Origin: the human T2T-CHM13v2.0 reference genome, Homo sapiens
NCBI RefSeq assembly: GCF_009914755.1
Contig: NC_060926.1
Length of the DNA stretch: 64,000 bases
Direction: 5' to 3' (one strand)
Under the pieces are notes generated by a model. The model did not search any database. It saw only the letters and a list, made by a program, of their open reading frames with translations, and was not told the DNA's origin. This document shows positions 1-13,970 of the stretch, piece by piece. The first letter of the stretch is position 1. Every line of letters starts with the position of its first letter. A program made the translations under genes and the position numbers.

Positions 1-774
1 CACAGGGGCCTCTGTACTATTTCAGAGGGTGGGAATGCTTTCTGGAGTTAGATTGTCAAGAGCTGCTTTTTAAAATAGCAATACTCTTATCAGAGTAAAA
101 CTTGCCTGCTGAGTCAAAAGGAAACTTGGCTTCATCTACCTTTAGAGCCCAGGAAAAATTTAAAATGTAAAGATGCCTGGCATGTTTCCAGCTGTTGGCT
201 ACTACAGATACTTTTAAATATCCACTCTTTATTGTTCTGAATGTATATGGAAAACAGATACATATTGTAAATGGAAAACAGAAAGAAGGCCATCTTTATA
301 AGGCCAACAGACTGAAAGCAAACAATAAGAAACCTGTATTTTTCTTTTGTCCTCTGAAGAATGTGACGTTACTGTAGACTCTCCTCCAAGAGAAAAAAAA
401 AAAAAAACAGAAATGGTTGCCAAGGTCTATCTCATTCCTTATGTTAATGAAGGGAAGGACCAAAAAGAAATAATATTTCCAATAAAGACACTGAATCTAG
501 TACTAATTTGATGTCAAGTCCCCACAGATTTTTGTTCAGTTCAATTTGAAGCCATCACAGAACTTTGTTTTAGGAAGCCTCCTCGCTCTCAGCAAATTCA
601 ATTAGTAGGGATGATACAATAGGTTCTCTAATGGTACATGACTAGCCTGAAAACCTACGCATTGATGAATTCCAATGAAAAAATCTGGCATACATACCAT
701 GCATAGAATGTGTCAGAAGAGGCATATCCTCACATAATGTTGGGGGTGTGTCAAACATCAGAATGTCAGAGGGA

Positions 775-777
<3 letters not shown>

Positions 778-809
<32 letters not shown>
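778..809. repeat. (TG)n microsatellite
   Basis: About 16 uninterrupted TG units. Confidence 0.95.
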
Positions 810-810
<1 letters not shown>

Positions 811-1639
811 ATGCACATGAGTATGTTTGGGTAGAGTTTTCCCCAAGTTGTCTGAGTGAAGCTGAAAATTCAAGAGGAATTCTACAGAAGACTCATGTAA
901 TTAAAAGAAGCCTAAATGTAACCAGCAACGAGTTCTTCCACTTGGCCAGAGTGTGGTGGTAGGAGGGAGGCAGGATTCCTCATTACACATTTTAGTAGGT
1001 CATGCTAAATAGTGTAGAATATAAAAGGAATTATTCATACTTCAATAAAAAGATTTTGCAAATCTGTAATAGATGGTATAGTGCACAATGTATTCAATTT
1101 GAGATTCTGAAAATTTTAGATATATATGGTAATTTTGTGATTTGGAAGCTTAAGAATGAAGTGCAAATTGTAGTTAGAGCTCACTTTCCCAGGTTTAATA
1201 TAAACTTACAAGCTGGGAGCAACGTAACAACACTATTTGCCTATTCCAGGGTTTTCCAGAGAGGCAGGGAACTAGGTAGAAACTACTAAAGGAAAAGAGG
1301 GAAGAAAAACTAGAAAACCATCAGCATTAGGACTATTTCATTCTTTTAATAGAAATAATGCCACAACTCTGTTTTTTGGGAGGAATAAGTTGTTGTCTGC
1401 GGAATAGATATTACTGGGGTAGTCTTAGGGAGAACATTGCTAGTGGTAGGCAAGTTATTCTTCAAAAAGTAGGGAAACTCTTTACACATCTCACAGGCCT
1501 GTCTGTGGGATGTCCAACTCTGTACAGAGGAATTGAGTGCTGGGACCCAGGCTGTGACAACCCAACACATCTGGCCTCCGGGGCACATGGGCAAATCTGG
1601 CTGATAACATCCAGTTATCAGCGAATCTTCTTAAGAAAC

Positions 1640-1641
<2 letters not shown>

Positions 1642-1684
<43 letters not shown>
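1642..1684. repeat. (CT)n microsatellite
   Basis: About 21 CT units directly abutting the MST LTR. Confidence 0.95.
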
Positions 1685-1685
<1 letters not shown>

Positions 1686-1687
<2 letters not shown>

Positions 1688-2113
1688 CTTAGTCTGTTTG
1701 TGTTGGTATAAAGGAATACCTGAAACTAGGTCATTCATTTATAAAGAAAAAGGTTTATTTGACTCACAATTCTGCCAGCTGTACAAGAAGCATGGCACCA
1801 GCATCTGCTTCTACTGAGGGCGTCAGGCTGCTTCCACTCATGGTGGGAGGCAAGGGGAGCAGGCATCTGACATGGCAAGAAAGAGAGGGAGCTAGAGAGA
1901 GCAAAGGAGATGCCTGGCTTTTTTCAACAAGCAGTTCTCATGGGAACTAAGAGTGAGCACTCACTCTCTCCGGCAAGAATGACACCAAGCCATTCAGGAG
2001 GGATCTGCCTGCACAATCCAAACACCTTTCACTAGGATTTACCTCCAACATTGGGGATCAAATTTCAACATGCGATTAGGCAGGGCCAAACAAACCATAT
2101 CCAAACCACAGTG
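1686..2113 (-). mobile_element. Solo MaLR LTR, MSTB-like
   Basis: Starts gtcttagtctgtttgtgttggtataaaggaatacctg and ends cctccaacattggggatcaaatttcaacatg...atatccaaaccacagtg. This matches the reverse complement of the MST LTR consensus over ~430 bp. Confidence 0.85.
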
Positions 2114-3095
2114 CTTGTCTTCAGATACCATTAGTGAGAACAGAATGAAGCAACACTTACTAGGAGTATCAGTTCTTTCACCCCTAAATTCCATTATGCT
2201 GTGAGTGTTCTTGAACCTTCATCCAACAACTCCTTGTGCCCCACGTAATTGTTTCACAGCCAGAAAGGAGTCAGAACAGCCACATCATCTATACCCACAA
2301 AAGAATCTTGCTCTGTTCATCTAACCTTCGAAGTTCATAAATTTCTTCTTTTCTTACTAAATGGTCAGATGTTCTATAGTAATTACAAAAAAAAATTCTA
2401 AAAAAAGAAAGAATGATAAATAAGTTCAGAAGATTTACTTAAAAGCCCAAGTTAATTTGTGTCTTTGGAAACAAATTGAAAAACAAGATGATGAAAATCA
2501 CAATAGTGCAAACCGAGAAGAAATATTTTCTGGAAGAGCCTCTGGAAGAAATTTGAAAGGCACACTGTTCTATTATCATTGCTACTATTTGTTTAATAAT
2601 TGAGATGAGCTAATATATTCCTCTCAACTGCCAACCTAAACTACTAGAACAATCTGTCCTAAGGAATACCAAATGCATTCTTTAAATGAATCACCAAGGG
2701 CAGTGCCATGGTGATCAAACCAGATATTCTTCTGAAGGTGTGATTCAGATACTCATGGGCAGATAGAGCCCTCGAAGGGCTTGGAAATGTATCCAGATTA
2801 TCCCTAGATATTGAATGAAACCCTAAGTCCCATCAAATGAAACACCATTTTGGGGGGTTAGTCCCAGAGAATCATATCAAGTGGTCTGAAATATTTTGGT
2901 CAATTTATGAAGGGATAGACATCAACTGGCTTCTAAAAAGTGAAAGAATAGGCTAACTTTTAAAAAAGTATTTCTTACCAGGGTAATTAGATTATGATTA
3001 TTTGTTGGGAAACACAAATCAGATGCAACTTTTTTCTTCTTCCCCTGAAGTGGTAGAGATTGTCACCAAAACATGTGGCATGTGCATAGTAAAGA

Positions 3096-3408
3096 GGCCA
3101 GGTGTGGTGGCTTATGCCTGTAATCTCAGCACTTTGGGAGGCTGAGTCCAGAGGATCACTTGAGGCCAGGAGTTCAAGACCAGCCTGGCCAACATAGTGA
3201 AACCTCATCTCTACTGAAATAAAAAAATTAGCTAGGCATGGTGGCACAAGCCTGTAATCCCAGTACCTGGGTGGCTGAGGCATGAGAAGAGCTTGAACCC
3301 GGGAGGCAGAGGCTGCAATGAGTCAAGATTGCATCACTGCACTCCAGCCTGGGTGACAGAGCAAGACTCTATCTCAAAAAAATAAAAAAAAACAAAAAAT
3401 AAAAAAAA
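3096..3408 (+). mobile_element. Full-length Alu (old AluS/AluJ)
   Basis: ggccaggtgtggtggcttatgcctgtaatc start, dimeric structure with A-rich linker, poly-A tail. Confidence 0.95.
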
Positions 3409-3890
3409 TTAAGGGAAAAAATGACTTATCACAGTCTGATCTTATTGAATAAAAGAAATCAACTCCCTCTTAAGAGATTTGTTATTCTGGGGCCTCTGCA
3501 TAGCCTAAATATTTCTGTAGTGCTCTATTATTCTGCAAACTTTCATAATAATATTCAATGCTGCATAATGTAATTTAGATGTGAAAGAATTGATGCACCT
3601 TGTAAGAGCTCCTTTACTTCCTTCTCATTGATGGTATCTGATCTAATAGGTGGAGAAATGTGCTGAATTGTCACAGCATACATTTCAGTGAGGAAAAAAA
3701 TCACTACAGCATAGAAATATTTATGGAAGTGCTGACAACATATCAATTAATAATACCTGCAACATACAAAGAGAAAATATTCTATCTTTTACAATTTGAG
3801 ATAGCCAAGTCAAGACTTAATTTCATACAACCTCCATGTTGCAACACAGCAAATAATTCCACCTCTGGTGGACTATTCAGACTTGACTGA

Positions 3891-4463
<573 letters not shown>

Positions 4464-4477
4464 TAACTTTAAAATGA

Positions 4478-4850
<373 letters not shown>

Positions 4851-5205
4851 TGATAAGGTTTGGGTGTGTCCCCACCCAAATGTCAACTTGAATTGTATCT
4901 TTCAGAATTCCCATGTGTTGTGGGAGAGACCCAGGGGGAGGTAACTGAATTATGGGAGCCAATCTTTCCCATGCTATTCCCGTGTTAGTGAATAAGTCTC
5001 ACAAGATCTGATGGGTTTATCAGGGGTTTCTGCTTTTTCTTCTTCCTCATTTTTCTCTTGCTGCCACCATGTAAGAAGTGCCTTTCGCCTCCTGCCATGA
5101 TTCTGAGGCCTCCCCAGCCATGTGGAACTGTAAGTCCAACTAAACCTCTTTTTCTTCCCAGTCTTGAGTATGTCTTTATCAGCAGCATGAAAACAGACTA
5201 ACACA
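4851..5205 (+). mobile_element. THE1A 5' LTR (ERVL-MaLR)
   Basis: tgataaggtttgggtgtgtccccacccaaa...aaaacagactaacaca, with TG...CA ends and 355 bp length, matching THE1A. Confidence 0.92.
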
Positions 5206-5946
5206 GTAAATTAGTACCAGTAGAGTGAGACATTGCTTAAAAGATACCTGAAAATGTGGAAGTGACTTTGGAACTTGGTAACAGGCAGAGGTTGGAAGAG
5301 TTTGGAAGGCTTAGAAGACAGGAAAATGTGGGAAAGTTTGGAATTTCTTAGAGACTTGTTGAATGGCTTTGCCCAAAATGGTGATATCAATATTGACAAT
5401 AAGGTCCAGGCTGAGGTGGTCTCAGAAGGAGATGAGGAACTTGTTGGGAACTGGAGTAAAGGTGAATCTTGTTATGTTTTAGGAAAGAGACTGGTGGCAT
5501 TTTGTGCCTGCCCTAGAGATCTGTGGAATTTTGAACTTGAGAGATGATTTACCGTATCTGGTGGAAGAAATTACTAAGCAGCAAAGCATTCAGAAGGTGA
5601 CTTGGCTGCTGTTAAAAGAATTCCATTTCAAAAGGGAAACAGCATAAAAGTTCAGAAAATTTGCAGCCTGGCGATGCAGCAGCAAAGAAAAACTCATCTT
5701 TTGAGGAGAAATTCAAGCTGCAGAAATTTGCATAAGTAGCTAGGAGCCTAATGTTAATCCCCAAGACCACGGGGAAAATGTCTCCAGGCCATGTCAGAGA
5801 CCTTCAGAGCAGCCCCTCCCATCACAGGCCCAGAGGCTGAAGAGGAAGAGGTGGTTCTGGGGGCCGGGCCCAGGGTCCCAGTGCTGGGTGCAGCCTAGGG
5901 ACTTGGTGCCTGCCCTGTGTCCCAGCTGCTCCAGCCAGGGGTGGAA
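5206..5946 (+). mobile_element. THE1A internal region, internally deleted
   Basis: gtaaattagtaccagtagagtg start typical of THE1-int and purine-rich aggggtggaa end before the 3' LTR. Only ~740 bp, versus ~1.6 kb for a full internal region. Confidence 0.9.
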
Positions 5947-6304
5947 TGATATGGTTTGGCTGTGTCCCCACACAAATCTCAACTTGAATTTTATCTCCCA
6001 GAATTCCCCCTGTTGTCAGAGGGACCTGAATCGGGGGAGGTAACTGAATCATGGGGGCTGGTCTTTGCTGTGCTATTATTGTGATAGTGAATTAAGTCTC
6101 ATGAGATCTGATGGATTTATCAGGGATTTCTGCTTTTGCTTCTTCCTCATTTTTCTCTTGCTGCCACCACATAAGAAGTGACTTTCACCTCCTGCCATGC
6201 TTCTGAGGGCTCCCCAGCCATGTGGAACTGTAAGTCCAATTAAACCTCTTTTTCTTCCCAGTCTTGGTATGTCTTTGTCAGCAGCTTGAAAACGAACTAA
6301 TACA
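5947..6304 (+). mobile_element. THE1A 3' LTR
   Basis: tgatatggtttggctgtgtcccc...aaaacgaactaataca, a direct repeat of 4851-5205. The element is flanked by 5-bp TSD accat/acgat. Confidence 0.92.
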
Positions 6305-6309
6305 ACGAT

Positions 6310-6472
6310 GTTGGCCAGGCTGTTCACTGGCTAATTTTTTTTGGTATTTTTTGGTAGAGATGGGGTTTCACCATGTTGGCCAGCCTGGTCTCAAACTCCT
6401 GACCTCAGATGATCCACCTGCCTTGACCTCCCAAAGTGCTGGGATTACAGGCGTGATCGACCGCACCTGGCC
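6310..6472 (-). mobile_element. Resumed Alu sequence: short remainder of the inner Alu plus a complete left arm
   Basis: gttggccaggctg, then ggctaattttt...gtagagatggggtttcaccatgttggcc...cgcacctggcc. Confidence 0.85.
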
Positions 6473-6571
6473 TAAAAAATAATGTTGGTTTTTTTTTTTT
6501 GAAGACTAAGTATATTGTTGAAGAATAAGTTAGCAAGCTCTGGAAGAACCGTTCTGAATTGTAGATGTCAG

Positions 6572-7264
<693 letters not shown>

Positions 7265-9734
7265 TTAGTTTTCTGTCTTTGGGCAGTTAGTGGCTCTATA
7301 CTCATCCTGAAAATGGGTGTAATTGTAGGTATGTGTGTGTCTATGGTAAGGGATAGGCTGGAGGCTGGATGTGATCAGGACTGAGGATGTAGATGAGGCA
7401 AGTGGGTCTTATAAAGGAATGGATCCCCAGGAGTCTGTATTAAGTAGACTTGAAGTCCCTCCTACCCCCCTTTAAAAAGTAAAAAGAACAATGACAGTTG
7501 AAGATCGTTCTGTTGTTAATCGTTCCTTTCTTTATAGTGTCTCCTTCAGCTGGCTTCCAAAGCTGCTTCATCTATGATCCTCTTCTCCAGTTATACAGAT
7601 GCTGAATACTTTTGTACATTTCCATAGACTTACATACCTGAAAGGTTATCTAAGATTCTTATTGTTTATTAAATTCTAGTATATATATTTTATGGTTTAC
7701 TTAAAATTTTACTGATACAAAACTCTAGCCAGCCAGCCATTAGTTCTTTCCCCGTCTATTTATTAATCATAGGTATTTTTCCAGAACAGTCTTAATTCTA
7801 CTGATTTTATTTATAAGGGCAGCCAGTAGTAAAGCATCATTTCTTTTCCTGTTCTCCTATATTTAAACCAGCTCTAAATCTACTCGTAGGCCAGAGATTC
7901 AACTCAGGTTCATGAAACAGCGCTGCCCTAGCAAAAATCTACTAAACCTATCTTTAATCTTCAGGAAAGTTTAACTGTTACTCCAGATTTAAAAATTAAG
8001 CTATGTGAGTCAACACTCTAGCCACAAAAATGCAACAAGCAACAGATTTCCTTCAAATGAATTTGCTATTTCGTAGTTAGTTCAACAAACCAATAACGTG
8101 GGTTCTAACATTGCGTCACACCAGTACTATGGTCTGTTGATATTTACATGAAGATACCCTGGAAGTAAATTGTAAACAACTCCCCAATCTAAGCTGACTG
8201 TCTCCTGTGTGGAAACTGTTTCCCCAATGGGCTGGTGAAATGAACTATAGTTTTTGTATAGTAATTCAGAAGATAATTGATTATTTGCCAAGAGTCTGTT
8301 TGTGAGTTGCCACTTATTATTATTTTTTTATCCACTCCAGGGACACATTTTCAATTTCACAGTCTTTTGCACATTGTGGACAGTGCTGTTTAATTTCTTA
8401 AAGGAAAGTGCACATTCTCTTTCTATTGTCGTTAGACTAGTGGCTCTCAAAGAGCAGGCAGGGACTATATATCCAGGGAGTAAATGCCTAGGCTCACATT
8501 TGCATGCTCACTCCATCCATAGCCTTGCGGCTTAAGAGGGAATTAAGGAAGAGCCATTCTTCATGTAAGAAAGGACACCTTTGTGTCTCACAATCTTAGA
8601 TGTTCTGAGGGATAGTAAACATTCTTGAAGATATTACTCTTTAATTGTTTATGGATTATTCCTATTTTACTGTTAAAACATGAGTTTTTAGCAGAGTTAG
8701 GGAAAATTTTGTCAGGAAACAGTTGTTTTCCTCCTACAGACTAACATTCCTGCAGGCAATGCAGCAAATTAACCAATATAAATGTTTCCTTCAAAACACA
8801 GAAATCTTTTATCTATTTAGGGACAGATCACACAATATAACATGCTGAACTATTTCTATTAAGCCCAAAGATGACAAAAAAATTGAAAAGAATAAATCCA
8901 TTATAAAGAATTCATATCTGCTGCTTTGTGAGCAATCTATAATACACCGTATTGTGCAAACTATAGGAGATGATGACCTAACAATACAGAATGTAGAGAG
9001 GGCTTTTGACAACAGAAAATCATAAGAGAGTATCATTTAATGGAGAGTGAAAAAAAATGATCCTGGATTCTTTTTCCCCCTTTATTTGTTGTATCACTTT
9101 GTAAAACCTCTCTATGCCTTGCTCTCTTCATCAGAAAAATGAGACCTATGGTTTTATTTTTACAAAGTGCTTTAGGATTTAGGAGAACCCAGAATGTATT
9201 ATATGATGAAAGCCACCATGGTGCATGTCACATGACTATGGCAGAAAAGGAACCAAAAGCAAAACATGAATCAGCAATGAACACTCATTTTGTTTGTTTA
9301 AAACCCCAGGATGTGCAAATATATGTCAGAGCTGAAGTTGACCCTCTTCCTTTACAATCACATATTACTCTATCAGATTCTGGTTTTGAAACCTGAGTTT
9401 GGTAGAAAGAATATGGATGCAGGAAGGAGTAAAGGACAGGAGTAAGAGGGTTTCTCTCAAGCAAACCCCAAGTCACTAGGGGTGTCACCAACAGCTTCAC
9501 TAACAATCCCCTAAAGGACCAGAGACAGAGGGCATTATTAGCCTTGCTTCTTCGCCTTCCTCAAGCATTCCTTTATTCCCCCAAAGGATTATACATTGAC
9601 AGGGCAAATCAACAAAGCAGAAGCTGTCTCCTCCAACTGTCCAAAGTTATATGGGTTTTTAGAACCATAGGAGAGTCAGAATTGGGAATAATACGGACCA
9701 TTACATTGAGGGGTAGGTCAAGATGATATATTAG

Positions 9735-9900
9735 AAGCTAGGAGTTCTAGGCTCCAATGCTTATTCCAATATTAATTTACTGCATTACTTTCAACAAACC
9801 AAACTCTCTGGACCTCTATTTTCTCAACTGACACTGAGGGCAAGGAAGGTAGAGAATTAGTTTAAATGATCTCCTTTTAAGACCTAGAATTCTGTTATTC
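9735..9900 (+). mobile_element. Degenerate MIR fragment
   Basis: Resembles the MIR core (ctctctggacctctattttctcaactg). Confidence 0.4.
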
Positions 9901-9989
9901 TTTGAGTACATGGTTAATGACCCAGTGGAACCCAAGAACCATGTCTTGTGGATAAAAATATCAAGGTAATTTTCTAATCCAACTCTGGT

Positions 9990-10075
9990 ATCAGGATGAC
10001 AGAAATGAGGACACAAAGGCTCAAAGAAGTACCATAATCACACAGCTAGTGGCAAAATCAGAATTTGACTTTGGG
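9990..10075 (-). mobile_element. MIR fragment
   Basis: gatgacagaaatgagg...atcacacagctagtggcaaaatcagaatttga resembles the reverse MIR core. Confidence 0.5.
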
Positions 10076-10289
10076 GTTTGAACATAAATTTGGATATACC
10101 CCAGAAGATTTCCTGTAAATTTTCTGACTTGAGAAGTCTAAAACCAAATTCACTAAAAAAAAAAAAAATTGAGACTCATGCACAATGGCTATATATTTAT
10201 GTGTGTGTATGTGTATATATATATATGTATAAAAATGTACAAAATATAATCAATGTATACCGTATTTATCAAATGAATGCTATTCCCAT

Positions 10290-11195
10290 CTGAGCCTGTT
10301 TTCCTTTCTGTATTCTCTATTTTTGGTTAGTGTCACCCCAGAGGCATAGTTTCCAGAAATAGAAGGCCTGTTATCAGTCCCTCTCATTCATCCCACTCTG
10401 AACCACTCTGCATTCACACAGACTCACCAATACAACTGATTTCATCTCTGACTTCTTTCGCCATTCTACATTCTTTCTTTATCCCCAACATGTTTGTATC
10501 ATTTAGGTCTTCATCTATTGCTTCACCTGTTCTCTCCTAACTGGTCTAACTGGTTTCCTTTCTTCTGAATCCCTTTTCCATACTATCCCCACAAAAAAAA
10601 AAAAAAAAACTTTTCTAAAATAAAAATGTAAACATATCTTTGACCTGCTTGAAATCTGTCAACATTCATTAGTTTACCCACAGGAGGAAGTCTAAGCTTC
10701 CTAGTGGGAAAAATTAAACCCCTTCTGTCCAAGGCCTGCATTTCCAGCTCCATTCCCTCCATTCCCACTTAACATCCCATGTTTCTGTAAGAACAAATGT
10801 TTGCAGTTATTCCTCAAGTACTGCATACCACTGTGCCTTGGCATATGCTAGTATCTCAGTCTGGAAGTCCCTAATCCTTTCCCATTGTTTACTTGAAAAA
10901 TCTTATTCGTCTTTTAAAACCCAAATAATTCATTCCTCTACTGGGCTTCATCCAACTCTACATTCCCCTTGGGATTAATCATATCCTGTTCTAGGCAGCT
11001 TCTGTACTTTGGACAGGGTTCCACTGCTGCGTTCTTCACACTGTGCTGTAACTGTTTATTTGTATGCCTTCCTCCCTCACAAGACTCTGAAACCTTGAGG
11101 GCAGGAACTGCATCTTCATCATCTCTGCATCCCTAGCGCAGAGCCTGGAATATAGATATGTGTGTACGTCTTTGAATAAGTAAATAAACAAGCAA
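10290..11195 (+). mobile_element. L2 LINE 3' portion
   Basis: Pyrimidine-rich body ending in the typical L2 3' end (gactctgaaaccttgagggcagg...catccctagcgcagagcctgg...gaataagtaaataaa). Confidence 0.7.
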
Positions 11196-11269
11196 ACATT
11201 CATTCACTCAACACCTGTTTTATTCAATGTCTCACAGAGTTCAAGGAAAGAGAACACCCCTACCTCCAA

Positions 11270-11284
11270 CCCCCCCCCCCCCCC
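11270..11284. repeat. C15 homopolymer
   Basis: 15 consecutive C. Confidence 0.95.
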
Positions 11285-11464
11285 AAAAAACCCTCCACAA
11301 GTAACAAACAAGAAAAATATCTGATAGGGATATGAGCTACCTGGATACTTAAATTGGTATAATAGAATGGAGAATGACTGGGTGTCTATAGTGGTTCACA
11401 TTAGCAGAAAAGTCATCTTCCAACCCATGAATGACAAAGACTGTCTCACATTGGGACCCAAACA

Positions 11465-11795
11465 AATAGTATTTAAAGACACCATGGGGCTAAAGGAAAG
11501 CACCTAGGGAGAGCATGTAGATTAAAAAAGAAGGGTCAAGCCCTGGGAGCCCCTATAACATAAAGTTCAAACTGAAGAAGAACCAGTAAAGGATACCAAG
11601 AAGAAAACCAGGAGACTGTGATCACCCAAACTAAGAGAAGAAACTATTTGAAGAAGGAGACAGTGGTCAACTTTGTTGGACCCTGGTAGAAGCTCAAATA
11701 AGATAAAATATTCAATTTGCCACATGCAGGACAGTGAGTGGTGAGCTGGATAAAGGCTTTAGGAGTTGAGATAGGAATGAAAGCCTGATTTGAAT
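11465..11795 (-). mobile_element. L2 fragment
   Basis: gtatttaaag...acctagggagag...aaccaggagactgtg...gtggtcaac resembles reverse L2. Confidence 0.55.
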
Positions 11796-11917
11796 TGAAT
11801 TCCATCTCTTCATAAGAAATCATGAAAGTATATTACATGGTAATAAAACACATTTTCCCCCTCTCTGTCCAGTTAAAGCAAAGTTTTAAATAGGTAAAAC
11901 TTATAAGAGATGTAGTA

Positions 11918-12333
<416 letters not shown>

Positions 12334-12478
12334 TCATCCTGCTGTAAGTATTAATTTGATAACTCCTTTTACTCATTTATATTTTCTCAACTGAAAAAAA
12401 GTTGGCCCCCCAAAATATGGAGTGCATTTCTTAAAAATCTACATAACTAATAACAACTAAACAAACACTACTTCAGCG

Positions 12479-12692
12479 TTTTGTTTTGTTTAAGAAAGGG
12501 TCTCACTCAGTCGCCCAGGCTGGTGTGCAGTGGCCCAATTACAACTCACTGCAGCCTTCAACCTCTCAGGCTCAAGTGATCCTCCTGGCTCATCCTCCTG
12601 AGTAGCTGGGACTACAGGCGCATGCCACCATGCCCAGCTAATATTTGCATTTTGTATTTGTTGAGACAGGGTCTTCCTATGTTGCCCAGGCT
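12479..12692 (-). mobile_element. 5'-truncated AluJ
   Basis: J-type ctcactgcagcctt...gctcaagtgatcctcc. TSD tacttcagc at 12469-12477 and 12693-12701. Confidence 0.9.
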
Positions 12693-13850
12693 TACTTCAG
12701 CTTCCAGAAACCAATAAATAAGAATGCATTTCTATCCTTTACATCTTACATATAAATAAGAAATACGTATTTGACTTCATACATATTGTCTGAATAAACC
12801 TCTAATTTTTATATTTGTGGATTAGAAAGGAAACCATTTAAAAATCTGTAGATTAAAGATAAGATGAAATGGCACAGTCTATAATCAAACTTTCAGTCAC
12901 AGCAAAGCTGAATAAAACAATTTCTTTTTACAAATTCTACGTCTTCAGTTGCTCTTGTGGCTTTCTTCCAAAGAGATGACAAAGAGTTCACAAGTCATAA
13001 TCTGCCAAACAAACTCCCAAAGAAATGAAACTTAATATACGTCAAGATGTTAGCCTCTATTTCCCTAGTGACAATAAAATTCTTTATTCTCTTCTAATTG
13101 CTGAGGACTTCTATGATTAAAAATGATTATCCTTAGAACATGGGTAAGTAGGATTTAATAGAAAAGTTAACTTAAATTCTCGATCGTAACCTACTAATGG
13201 TTACAGAAGCATTGATGCCCACTCTTCCAAGGACCAAAAGATATTTAAACATTTTTACATCAATGAAGTATCTAAATAAAAAACAAGAATTAATATTACA
13301 AGATTTATGTTTTTTATTATATAGAAAAAGATGTGCAAGAAGGTAATTCTGATGGACAGCAAGCTCAGCTTTAGCAAAACTAGAGTGATCTGCTTGGGTA
13401 CATCACAATAACTATAATGATATTAGAATAAATGTGATCCTTTTTAAATTTTAGCTGCCACAAAGCATTATGTCAAATACTAAAGTGATGCTGTGTTAAT
13501 ACTACAGCACACAATGTGGCTGGCAACTTTGAGTTAGAATAATAGAGTGAGAGAGGTTTTTTAAATGAGTGTTGGTCACTTAGAAGTAAAAAAACAAACC
13601 CCCCACAACAAAGAAACAAGTACCTTAACAGTGCAAAATAGCTACCCACTGGAGTTAGTGGTAAGTATATAGTGCAATGAAGTCATCAACTAAACAGCAT
13701 GTAGTGCTATATGAACATAGATTTCTGAGTCCAGATCTGTCTATGTTTATTTAAACAGCCTCACATTCAAATTCTAATTATTCTACATGTCATCTTTTCC
13801 AGTGTTTAGCTTATCGATAGCTTACTTATAAAAGTCTGCTTTTTAAAAAA

Positions 13851-13970
13851 TTTTAGTTGACAAATAAAAATTATGTATATTTATGCAGTATGACATCATG
13901 TCTTGGTCGATGTATATATTGTAGAAAGATTTAATCAGGCTAGTTAACATACTTGTCACCTCACCAACTT
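13851..13970 (-). mobile_element. Short L1M (L1MA-like) 3' end
   Basis: ttgacaaataaaaattatgtatattta...ttaacatacttgtcacctcac, flanked by near-direct repeats taaaagtct(a)gctttt. Confidence 0.7.

Noticed and set aside
1358-1711. 117-aa ORF ending in SLSLSL
   Set aside because: It runs through the (CT)n repeat into the MST LTR and has no recognisable domain.
4974-6327. Several ORFs, two of them similar to each other (…GLTVPHGWG…)
   Set aside because: They lie in THE1A LTR and internal sequence. The similarity just reflects the two LTR copies.
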